A DNA stretch of 64,000 nt, from the NCBI RefSeq assembly GCF_009834535.1, contig NC_045705.1:32302001-32366000 (forward strand). The letters are read 5' to 3'. The translations under genes were made by a program, and so were the position numbers. Below, piece after piece: positions 12,267-24,479 of the stretch. Position 1 is the first letter of the stretch; every line of letters starts with the position of its first letter. The notes beneath the pieces were generated by a model. The model did no database searches. It had not been told where the DNA came from and worked only from the letters and a program-made list of their open reading frames with translations. The stretch is from Camelus ferus (Eukaryota).

Positions 12267-13804
12267 AACTTGCTCAACGCTAATTTTTTGTCCATAACAC
12301 AAATGAAACTCATGGGTGAGGTTACTGCCTGAACATGTGTCAGATTAATAATCTGGTAAAAACATCTCAGATGCAATTTTATTTTGTTCTGCATTATTTC
12401 CCTAACTTCTAAGATGTACTTTGATAATATGCATAAACAAAGAAAATTAATATGTACTTTTAATAAACTAAACACATAAAATGTAAATTATATATATATA
12501 TATATACACATATATATTTTGTGAAGTGAGTCAGAGTTGAGAGAAAGGCAGAATACAGTAGGACATTTGTGACAATCACATTGAACTAGATTTTTCTGCT
12601 TCTGTCTATGATGAGAGAGAACGCTGTAAGACTGTGTTACATTTCAATCATAAGAAAGTAATGCAACGTACAAATCTAAAATACTAAAACCGATGACGTC
12701 ACTGGAAAAATATCTGCATTTCAATGACCATCTGCAATTCAGGTCAGAAGTAAAGTATGTAACAGGTTCACATCTTATTGCCCTTCACTGAGACCTGGAA
12801 GTCAAGGGCAAATGAGCTCTATGACATGATTTGAAAACTGTCAATTTTCCTAGCGACATCAGATTAAAAAATATGTCATACTTAAAGGATATAGTAAATA
12901 TATGTCTTCAAAAGAGCCCATTCGTAAGTAAATTATTTTCTCAGAAGTAAATAAAAAAACATGTTCTTGAAACACATGAGATAACGTTTGCTACAATAAT
13001 GTAAAGATAAAGATTTGGAGTGAATATTGGTTGAGAATCCATACTTTCTTTTAGTTGGCTACAAACACTGCTAAGTATGGTGAAGAGGACATGCCACAAT
13101 TTATAACTGATATATCACTATTAGTTCTAATTAAATATATACATGCTCCTTTGTGTTGTTATACAAAATTTTCTACGAATAAAAATTTAATCATTGCTGT
13201 GTAAAAACCCCAGGATTTCACATATGGTAGCATATCATTTTTCCTATATGAGAAGATAAAATATTTTATGCTTTACAAAGTCATCACATTTTTGTTTCAT
13301 GTGTTCTTGTGCAAACTAATGGAAAATGACCTGACACCATCTCCCTCCGGGTACTTTCTCACCTCACAGAGACAGAAGCAGTGTGAGGTGTGCTCTTCTC
13401 ATCATTCACCTCATTTTGAAGTAAAGCACACTAATCTGGCTGGATTAGCCATCACTATTGAGAACTGGGATATATGGCTTTTAAAATATATTATTAGGGA
13501 AAGAACTGCCCCTCCTTTCACTGATCAGAGGATGAGATCCAGCAACCATTTGCCATGGCCAAACCCTGGGTTCTAGCTCTTTCCTGCAAATTCAAAATTC
13601 ATCAGTTGCAAGGGCACCAGCTTCTCCTTTAGTTTGACCTTGAGGCTGAAAAACAAGTCCAATTGAGATCATGCAAGGGGGAACAGAAGCTGGCATTGCC
13701 ACACAGGGGCATCACCACGCCTCTAGGTGAGCAAGGGCTGGGGTCCAAGCCTGGCAGCTGTGAACAATGGCAGAACATGTGACCTGAGCTGCCACTTCCG
13801 CATT

Positions 13805-14237
13805 CGTTCTGGTGGTATGATGCTCTGCCACAAAACTTAAGCGGCTGAAAACAATAACCATTCATTTTCCTCAGGAATCTGCCATGTGGGTAGGGCTGGG
13901 CAGGGATGAAGTCTCCGTGCTCTTCAATGCCTTGGCGGGCCCTTTGGGATCACTTGAATAGCTCAGACTGGAATAGCTGTGGGTAGTCTGGGCATCTCTT
14001 TTTCAGGCAGTCTTAGGACACCCCCCTTTAAACTCTCCAAATATTCTCTTCTTCAAAGCAGCCTCAGAGTAGTCCATGAGCAAGTGTTCCAAAAGACCAA
14101 GGCTGATGCTGCTAGATTCTCATGTCTTAGCCTTGGAAATTCCAGAACACCCCTCCTATGTGGAAACAAGTCACCAAGTCCACCCGGATTCAAGAGGAAG
14201 AGTGTCAATGAATTTGCAGCCATCTTTAATCCATGAT
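13805..14237 (-). mobile_element. MLT1-type MaLR LTR
   Basis: acaaaacttaagcggctgaaaacaataaccattcatttt...cccggattcaagaggaagagtgtcaatgaatttgcagccatctttaatcca matches antisense MLT1F/G/H-like termini. Confidence 0.75.
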
Positions 14238-17200
14238 AGCATTTTATCATAATTTATTTTCTTAACTTCTCAACTCTATATACTTTTCAGAGGCTTACAG
14301 AAAAGCAACCAGGAGGGATTTCTTTTGGACAAATTAACCCTTAATTGGAATTCCTCTCTTCTCACCCAAATAGTGGCTTCCATGATTTATACCTGTGTCA
14401 GTAATCCACACCATTTCTACTAAACATGACTGTGAGCACAATCCTGACATTGCTATGGGATGCAGGTATGCATATTTAGGATAGTATAAATATACTTTTT
14501 CAATGTATAGGAAAAGAAAGGTATGGCAAACTGGAAGCAGTTTAGTAAATCAGGGACAAATCCATCTAAAAATCCTCCAAGAGAAGATGTCCAAGGACCC
14601 TGACGGGACACTTTCAGCAATCATTTGGACCTTCCCCAATGCAGGAGACCGCCATTGTTGATCTAGATACAATGTGATGTGTTGGCCAGGATGCATATAC
14701 TTCCTTGGCAGCTTAACAGAATAATTTTAAAGTATAACATTTTCCAGGCCAAGCATTCCAGGAAAATTCACTTGCCCTCAAGAATTGGATGGTCTTCTTG
14801 GCTATTTGTCATAGCATGCTTGGCAGACTTGAATTGTTTTTGTCACCTCATTTACTGCCCTCCCAGTAAAAAGACCACTGTTGAAGTTGTAGTTAGATCT
14901 TTTATAATTCTTCATACCTGCAAAGTGCTGTCTCTTAGTGTTCAAGTCAAAGTTTGACTGTGAAGCATGGAAAGAAGACCTGGAAAAGTGAGCCCAGTTG
15001 AGTCAGCAATCCAGAGTTCACGTGTGCCTGACAGGGGTAAACATTTGTTCACATAGGAAGACTAACCTTATAGGAACACATTGTCCATGATATAAGATAT
15101 CATGTGAGTCAATGAGCCAGGGACTACTATCTCCATCATGGATATAAATATTGCATAAATAAGGCTGAAATCTGTGACTGCAGTGTGAGGACTTGTGGCA
15201 TTGCTCAGAAGCTTCTTCCAGTGACTAGGGAATCTGTTTACACATTGGTGGTTGCGGTAGGCAGAGTGGCCCCCCAAAGATGCCTCCCCAGCATTTATAA
15301 ATGAGGACACATCAGCCCTTCCCATGATTTGACCAAGATCGAGAACCTTTGTGTGTTCCAAACTTAAAGTTGCAAATACATGACTTTGGACCGCTGACTG
15401 ATCAGAAATCTTAGCTGTGTTTAAGGGAACAACATCTTCTTACTGGATTAATCAGGGGAAGGAGTCCAACTGATGAGGCTGAAGCTTTATGACATGTCAG
15501 AGCCTGTGGCCTGAACACAGGCTCATCTCCTCAGCATCTCCCTGGGGTTTCCTGCCTTAACTTTATCTGTAGATGATGTTCGTGTGACTTTGCAATAGGA
15601 CGGCTTGTAAAGAATCGCTCTTGGATAAGTCTTACCTCGCTGTCGTTTCTGAGGAAAAACCCATCTGATTTGGCTTTTTATATTTACAAGCACTATTTAC
15701 GTTATGTGAATTGCGTGTCAATAAAAAAATCTAGTTCTAAGTAGAAAAATGTATTTATACATAGTAGGGAAATTCTAATGTCATTCTCGGCTACTATTGT
15801 CTTATAATTTATCTTATATATATATATATAAAGTATTAAATTATAAGACTTTAAGATAAATTATAAGACTCTGGAGCTTCCCTTCCTTCCTCCATCCCAC
15901 CTTCCTTCTCTGCCTCCCTTCTTTTTTCTCTCCGTCTCTCTTTCTTGTTTAGTATTAGATTTCATGAGAGCACAGACAAAGGTATATATTTTAAAGGCAA
16001 TGTCACTGGAGCTCCATAAATGTTACGTTGGTATCTGGATATAACAATTTTTTCAGCTTTTAATCAGCAATTAATACACTGATAAAATATATACTGATGA
16101 ATTATCAGTATATTAAACTTCAAGTATTATCCATCTGAAGTAAAAAATTAACTAATGTGAATAGTGATTCTGTTTCAGAATACTGAACACATAATTCCCC
16201 ATATATATATTTTTTTATTATGAGTTATTGTTCTCAGCAATGGCTTTTCCACACAGAAAAAAACTGCACACAAATAAAATCTTCTATATTATTATTTAAT
16301 AAGCAATGCTTTGCTGTGTTAACAAATGCAACAACCAACTTTTTTCTAAGTTTTGATTCAAATTGCAAAACATAATATTCTAATTATATAACTAGTAATT
16401 GCAGCAATCACTTTTGTAAAAGCTCTTAAAGACTGCCACAAATTTACTTAAATAAACTCTTAATATTTTAAATTTAATTTATTTTTTTTTCTTTTTATCT
16501 TACTAGGTGTCTGGTCAACAAATAAAATCAACACAAGATTATAAATACTTCTTATATTTTAATACAATATTATGGGGTTTTTAAGTTATCCCGATTGCTT
16601 TAAAACTGAAGTCATACTCCAAATTCTGTTTTATTTTCAACAACAATAAAACAGCTGTAAGCCAATTTTTTAATTATGTATCTGAAATTGTTATTACAAA
16701 TATCAGTCTGATGATCTAATCTACAAAGTTTCTCAAACTTTGTGTTTTATTAGTTGAAGTTTATCACTTTATCTTCGGGTGAAACATACTTATTCATGGA
16801 ATAATTATACCTACTAACAAAAGTCAGAGAGGCCATCTCAGAAGATTAAAGCTGTCTGTTAGCCAAGAGATTTTTGCCTAGCATATAGGATTATTGTTTT
16901 TGCCTTTGACACCGGTCCCTTGTTAGAGTTATTGCAGCAGTGACTTCATAAATTACGAAGGAATTAGTTTATTGCATTTAATCATATTGCTTTTTTTTTT
17001 CTTGCTTTGAATCTGCAACCCCACTCTCATTGTATAGCTGACTCTATTTTTCTCATGGACTATTTTGTTGGATTTTGAATGTCTTTTGGTCTCTTATGAC
17101 ATAGTAATATCTTCTATTTGGTATCTAAGGACACTCATGTTGTATCAGTATCTTCACAACTGTATGTAATTTTGTCATAATTCTTTGAATTTTGTGCAGT

Positions 17201-17605
17201 ATTTGGATTGACACAAAACCATTATTTTATTTACCTGCATATAGGTTACTCTCTTTTTATGCTAAAATACCTAAGAAATTGTAATGAGTTAACAACAAAG
17301 CTTAACAAAACTATCTACTACCCTCTCCCAAACACATAAATAATGGATATATTATTTTCATAATTGAGTGCTAAATATAAAATTATGTAAAAAGCTAATA
17401 AACGAATGTGAAATATGTGCAGAATTCCTACACTATTATGAGTCTACCGATTCAGTAGAATGACAGGTATAACAGAATCGTTAAGACACAGTCTGCATCT
17501 CCTTGATGATTATTGAATTATTAGAGAGAAGAAAATCATACATTTTTATATTAATAATCTAAAAGATTATACAATTAATTTTTATGTGTAATCTCTGATA
17601 AAACT

Positions 17606-17848
17606 ATTTTATTTTATTTATTTAATTTTTTTAAATTGAAGTATAGTCAGTTACAATGTGTCAATTTCTGGTGTACAGTATAATGTCCCACTCATGCATA
17701 TACATATGTTCATATTCATATGTTCATATTCTTTTTCATTAAAGGTTATTACAAGATATTGAATATAGTTCCCTGTGCTATTCAGAAGAAATTTGTTTTT
17801 TATCTCTTTTTATATATAGTGGTTATTATTTGCAAATCTCAAACTCCC
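17606..17848 (-). mobile_element. 5'-truncated lineage-specific L1 3' end with degenerate TSD
   Basis: T-rich tail, then aattgaagtatagtcagttacaatgtgtcaatttctgg...acaagatattgaatatagttccctgtgcta; flanks ctctgataaaact (17593-17605) and ctctcataaagct (17849-17861) match at 11/13. Confidence 0.85.
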
Positions 17849-20273
17849 CTCTCATAAAGCTTTAGTGTAAATGATAAAGTTTTTCAAGTATGATGATTTA
17901 TAATCATCAATTTATATCAATTTCATAATGAATCAGTGAGATAGATAAAGCATGTATGAATGTTCCCATTTTATAGGAAGAGAGACAGTTCAGCTGTTTC
18001 ATCATTAGAACATTTCAACACTTGTCTGAATAGGTCTATGTCATTGGAACACATTTCTTTAGTTTCTGCAATTGTTTATTGTCTGTGTTGTGCCTTTATC
18101 CTAAATGTGTGAGTTTTAGAGAACACATCCATTTTTAAAATTGTGTTATTTGTAGAAAGAAGTATATTTTATCAAAGTGAGAGCAGAATTATCTACTGAA
18201 CAACTGTTGAGAAAACTGGCAGCTCTGATTATTACCAGTCTCAAGAGAACAGAAGAGAGGCTAATGATCCAACCTCTGAACATCTGAGGTTCCCATATGC
18301 ACAATGAGCTACAGTTTGTGCCCCCAAAAGAAAAAGAAGGAAACATAAAAATGCTCTACTTTCAACAATAAATCCTTTAAGAATCATGAAAACCCAGTCT
18401 TCTCTAGAAATCCTGCTTAGTCTGTACTTCACTTAACTGGGTATATTTAGGAAATGGTGATGTAGGTTTATTTGAAATTTTGATATTTCCTTTTATCTTC
18501 ACAACAGCTGTAGGATTTCAGTATTACTCCCCAACAGCCAGAAAACAGTTTCTTAACCTGTGGTGAATTTATCTTTCAAAGATTTTCTTCCCATTTTGTG
18601 GAAAAGGGAAACTATTTACATAATACCTAAGTTCAATATTTTCGTGTCTGTGTGTATGTTTATGTATTTAATATTTGGTTTATATCATAACTTAAAGTTA
18701 CTTGCACATTTCTGGAAAATTCGAGATATTCTACGGGAAGTGGAATATCTGAGAATTGTAACGTATTTTACCTATAGTACAAGGAAAATCATTTCTTCCC
18801 AATCTTATTAATAATAGTTTCTGGAAATCTTTTAGATCCAATTTTATTTTATAATTCCAATAAGAATATTTAAAGAATTATTTTCTGTTTTCCTTGATTT
18901 TGTCACTGCTTCCTGTCCATTACAAAACCCGAGCATGCACACAGAAACTTGATTCCCAGAGCTCAGGACAGCTTTTGCTACAAGTTGCTGCTTCTTACCA
19001 CTGCAACTCCAGTGTGCTTGAGTAAAGTAGCTTCAAATGAATATGCTTTAAAGTTAGACTATCTAAGCTGTATAGTTTTGGGTCTTTCATTACATCAACG
19101 TGTTGGTTGATAGTGAGTTTTAAAAAATTTTTATTTGTGATTGTTGTTTAAGTTTTGTGTGTGTGTTACTTGATTTTTGCTTCTTTTGCCTTATAAACAA
19201 TTTTAGTCATAAATCATTTGCTATATATTACTTCAAAGTATAAGTATATTATATTTTTTATGAATGTATAGGCTTTTGAATTTATAAATGACAAAACATT
19301 TAATATAAAACATAATCAGTTATCTATTTATCTGTATATAATAGTCACAGAGTCGTAAGTAATTTATATTTATTGAATGTAGGAAAGTACGCAGGAATGG
19401 ATTAATTTATTGATCTGGAACCATAAATATTGTTGAATTAGTATTATATCACGTCAAAAAAAAAAAGTGGAACTAAGTGGCAGCCTACATTTTTGCCTAC
19501 GTTTTTGAAAGCAGGACATATCTGACCAACATGGTTTGAGTACTTGCCTCTCTCCATTGAGTTTTTGGGTTTGCTGTTTTAAAGATGTGAAGGGAAATGC
19601 AAGGACACAATGAGAAAGTTTTCAAGTTAAATCACACCACTAATTTTGATTAGCTTCAAAACTAAATAGCAAAGGAAAAGATTAATCCACATCTTCCTCC
19701 TCATTCAACTCTTCTGGACAGCACAGTCATTGATTGTCCAAGTGGGGAATCTGAGCATCAGGTGATTTCAAAAAAGTTCTGATGTTTGCGATCTGTAAAG
19801 GAAGGGAGTTTAATATGATGAAAGACAGTGTCATGACTTAACTGGGTGTGCAAAAAACAGGTTTGCCACAGATAAAGAAATAATTTCTTTCCAGAGTGGC
19901 ACTGTTTGTAGCCCCGGTAAGCAGAGTATTTGTGAATGTCATACAGATGAGGCGTATCTGGGTTAGAATGTCAGTGCTACCAGTTTCACGATCTAAGAGA
20001 GTTTCCTTATCCCAACTGTGATGATGTAGAAACTGAGAAGGAGGAAACAAAATAAGCTCTAGTTCCAAAAATTTGAGTCACTGTAAATGAATTGTCTAGT
20101 ATACATGTGGTCCACTGCTGAAGTTAATATCTTTTTTCATCTAACTACAGGGTAAACATAAATGCCACCTGCTGTTATGAATCCAGATCACGCAGAAATC
20201 ATATATATTTAGTTTTTTTATCTGAGTGATATCATCTTGTTCTGGAGCTAAAGAACGACACAAACCTGAATGC

Positions 20274-21216
20274 ATGGCAGGTTGGAATCATACAGGTGTG
20301 AAGGAATTCCTTCTGGTAGGTTTAACTGAAAATCCTAATTTGCAGATCCCTCTCTTTGTGCTTTTCATTCTTATTTATTTCATCACGCTGGTAGGTAATT
20401 GGGGGATGATCGTGTTGATCTGGTTAAATACTCAACTTCATAGTCCAATGTACTTCTTCCTTAGCAACCTCTCTTTTTGTGATATCTGTTACTCTACTGT
20501 CATTGCTCCTAAAATGCTGGTCAATTTCCTGTCAAAACACAAGTCCAGCACATTTGCCGGCTGTGTTCTACAGAGTTCCTTTTTTGCAGTGTATGGATCC
20601 ACAGAAGGCATCCTCCTCTCTATGATGGCTTATGACCGCTATGTAGCAATAGCCAACCCTTTGCTGTATACAGTCATTATGACCCAAAGGGTTTGTATTC
20701 TGATGGTTCTTGTATCTTACTTGGGAGGGCTCATTAACTCCCTGACACAAACAATAGGTTTGCTCAAACTAGACTTCTGTGGTCCGAACATTGTGAATCA
20801 TTATTTCTGTGATATCCCCCCTCTTCTGAAACTAACTCTCTTGCTCAGATGCCCACAACAATGAAATGCTGCTTTTAATATTCTCTGGGGTCGTTGCAAT
20901 GTTCACTTTAATTATCATTGTGGTCTCTTATACTCGCTTCATCATCGCCATCCAGAGAATCCACTCGGCCGAGGGGAGGCACAAAGCCTTCTCTACTTGT
21001 GCCTCCCACCTGACTGCTGTGACCTTATTCTATGGCTCTGGAACCTTTAGTTACATCCAGCCAAGCTCTCAGTATTCCCTGGAACAGGAGAAGGTCTCCG
21101 CTGTGCTTTATACGTTGGTGATCCCCATGCTAAACCCACTGATTTATAGTCTGAGGAATAAGGATGCGAAAGATGCAGCAAAAAGGTCAATATGGCAGAA
21201 AAGAACCTCCACTTGA
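20274..21216 (+). pseudogene. OR5-family olfactory receptor with a single frameshift (OR5AQ1-like by recalled synteny)
   Basis: [14 protein letters not shown]...MAYDRY...[12 protein letters not shown] in one frame, then (SCSDAHNNE)MLLLIFSG...KAFSTCASH...[12 protein letters not shown] in another; AACT is duplicated at 20830-20837, and removing one copy restores a 312-aa ORF. Confidence 0.9.
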
Positions 21217-21739
21217 CTCAATCTCGTCTTTTCTAACCTAACATTAACCTGAAAATAAATAGACCTTCTTTAAAATTGTATCACAGATACAATCACAAAC
21301 AAAACTGTAATCAAGACACTCTCATGTAATTTGAAACGTGAGTCTTGGGTTTGACTTGAAGACTGAAAATCACTCTATCTCACCATTCATTGTCTTGTGA
21401 GCTGCAATAGTTTCATTATCAAAAAATTTGATAAGTATATTTTTTTTTCTAACAAGTTCTCATGATAAACTCTGAAGGTCCTCACCATGGATTTAAAGGA
21501 ATCTGACATGGACTCAAATCCAAAAATACCCCAACAACTGGCATTTATCAAATCCATTGTTATCTCAGAAAAAAACTGAAGTTCTTGGCCTGATTTTCTT
21601 AGATCATTAGTTTTTGTTCTAAAAACGCCATCACTCTAGTAAAAACATATATCTTCAACTTCATATTTAAACTGCATATCATAATTTTATGTTAGAAAAA
21701 ATGGCTATAGAAACAAGTAACTCTCATTAGTCATAGTTC

Positions 21740-22510
21740 AGTCAACATATTTTTACTGAATACTTTTATTATATCTGTTATTCTGTGTGACCCAAAGCTA
21801 AAAAGATTTAAGATATGGAGAACAAACTGTTAGAGTATCAGGCAATGGAGGAATGTGGTCAACGGGAAGGACTACTAAAATGTAAGAGAATATATGAATT
21901 GGCTCTAGCATGGAATTTTAAAGCAAAAGCAGTAGAAAAGGAGTCTGGAAAGGTATTTAGGGATATATATATGCAGACACTTCAATGCCAGTATAACATG
22001 TTTTGGACCCTCTTTATGGCTAATAAATGGAACTAAAAAATGGAACACAAATAGTATGCTTTAAGAAAATTCCCCTGTTTTCAGCATTTTGGAAAGTCAA
22101 AGAATATTGGGGGAAAGTTATCCTGAGACAGGCAAGAAGTGTTACTGGTGAGTAATATAGTGAAGGGGACATATTCAAGAGATAGCTCATGAATCATCCA
22201 TGGGACTTGAAAAATGATTAAGATTTCCTTTTTTGGTTGTTTATTTATTTATTTATTTGAGAAGAAAGGTTTAACATGCCTGAGAGTCTTTGAACCTGTG
22301 CCACTAGTCAGATAAACTGATTAAGAGAGAAAAATAGATGCAAGCTTTGCCTTCTGGGAAGAGAGTATAGCCAACAACAATGCCAAGGAGGTTTCCTAGG
22401 ACGTTCAAGAAATCACAAGAAGATCAGAACTGGAATAAAAAGGGAAAGGAGAGGTGAGGCAAGAGATGTTTCCAGAGAGGAAGAGGGGCCCAGGCCATGC
22501 CTGGTACATG
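21740..22510 (-). mobile_element. Degraded L2 fragments
   Basis: ttcagtcaacatatttttactgaatacttt (antisense L2 tail) and purine-rich L2-like body; boundaries approximate. Confidence 0.4.
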
Positions 22511-24479
22511 TACAATAACACATCCAAAAGCCTACAATATGTGCGCTTTTTTCAAGCACATGCAATATTTACAAAGTTGAGCAGATGAGAGGGCCAAGAA
22601 AAGTCTCCATGCACATCAAAGGATATAGTGAGCACTAATTCTGTAGCAGTGACAAGATACTTCAGTTTGATAAACCCAGTTTTTTCAGTTGTAAACAGAG
22701 AATAAACAAACCACTTCAAAGTTTCCTAAAGAGGTAGACAAATTAGATAGATGATGGGTAGATAGACAGCTATGCAAATATAAATACAGATACAGATTAG
22801 ATATAAATGTGATGTTTAATGTAATTTTAACATGTTAAGAGCTGAAATTCTATAAGGGAGAAAAAATATGAGAAGTTGTATAATTCAGTTAAGTTTAAGG
22901 ATCTCAGGCTAAATAACACGAATCAAAACACTGCAAAACACACCTGTGTGATAGAGCATGTGGGATATTATAAGAAGATGAATGTATTACCTAATGTTAT
23001 GTCTCAAACTTTGAGAAAGCATGAATACACACTGGATATTCTAAAATAACATTATTATTATCTATAAGTAAATATATGTATACAATTACCTTAGTTTATA
23101 ATTTTTTTTTTTGAGAAGAAAAGGTTTACATGACTGAGAGTTTCTGAACCTGTGTCATACTGGCAAGATAAATTGGTTAAGAAAAAAAAATTAGACATAC
23201 AATCTGTATGTCATTAGAATTTTTCTATCTATGTGTAAATGGAGTGAGAGAGAGATTGAGAGAGTGATAAAGCGAAGGTAGCAATTGCAATTGTTATTTA
23301 TAGGTAAGGGGTCCATGAGTGATTGTTAATTCTTCTTGCAAATTTGTATTATTCTTGAATCTCTTCTGTAAGTTGGACACGTTCCAAAATAAAAAGTTGG
23401 GAAAACACAGGGAAACGTGTTTATAAAATAATAGACCACTTTTACCTCCAAGCAGATGAATGGGATTAAAACAGTATTTATGCAAAAATAGGAAACGCGG
23501 GATAAAGTGCAGACGTTATCTGTTGGTACAGGTGACTAGCCTGTCAAGGAACAGAGAGCTGGAGTGGTTTTGATTCCGGACAGGTGTAATCTTAGAGAGG
23601 CGAGCTGATTTCTAGCCTTCTGATTCAGGGCACGCTTGAAAATGCAGTCTGGTAGAGGGTGGCGGGTCCTGCGCGTGTTCAGAGGAACCAGCAGAAATTC
23701 AGCAGATACTTTGCAAGTTTCACTACATATGGTTGTACTTCCTCCCAGGCATGGAGACCAGGTAAGTAAATAAACAGAGGGCAGACAATAGATGATACAC
23801 AGACACATAGATCAAGAAATAGATAGAAAGGATGACTTAAACTGAGAACTTCTGAAAAGCAGAGAGGAACTTTTGATGGTGTCCCAAACAATATGAATAT
23901 TAACGGCTGCACCCACCAAAGTGATGGGCTGCTGGTTCCGAACCTGCGTCCTGCGGCTGCTGTGGGGAAAGAGCAAACAGTGGAGTTTTAAGCGGTTATT
24001 TGGACTGACAAGGTATGTGTACTGGGCTAAATAGGAGCTTAACCACACAGCTGATTTTCCACACAGGAAACTGGAGGGGAAGAGGGTGGGTTGAAGAGTA
24101 TCCAAAGCTGGATCTGGGTCACAGAGGCCAATTGAATAAATTGAATTGACTCAATAGAATTACATTGAACAGTAAGTCCAACTGCAGTATCGTCATTCTC
24201 TAACATACATATTGAACATTTAAAACTGATTTTATATTGTATCATATGACAGATTTCAATAACTGAAGTTATATACAGTATATTATTATCTGATCACAGT
24301 GGAATTTAACTTTAAATAGATGACAAAAACTAAACTAATCTTCGTTTGTTTGGAAATTAATCAACACAGTTGTTAATAAAAATTTAATAAAGTTCTCTCT
24401 AGTTCTTTGTGTGTGTGTGTAAAATGATGTGATATATTTTATTTGTTTAATGATTTAGAAAAGGCAGCACAATTTGAAG

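Noticed and set aside
14795-14825. Possible minus-strand OR remnant (atgctatgac resembling MAYD)
   Set aside because: No other OR motifs at the expected spacing in any frame; chance match
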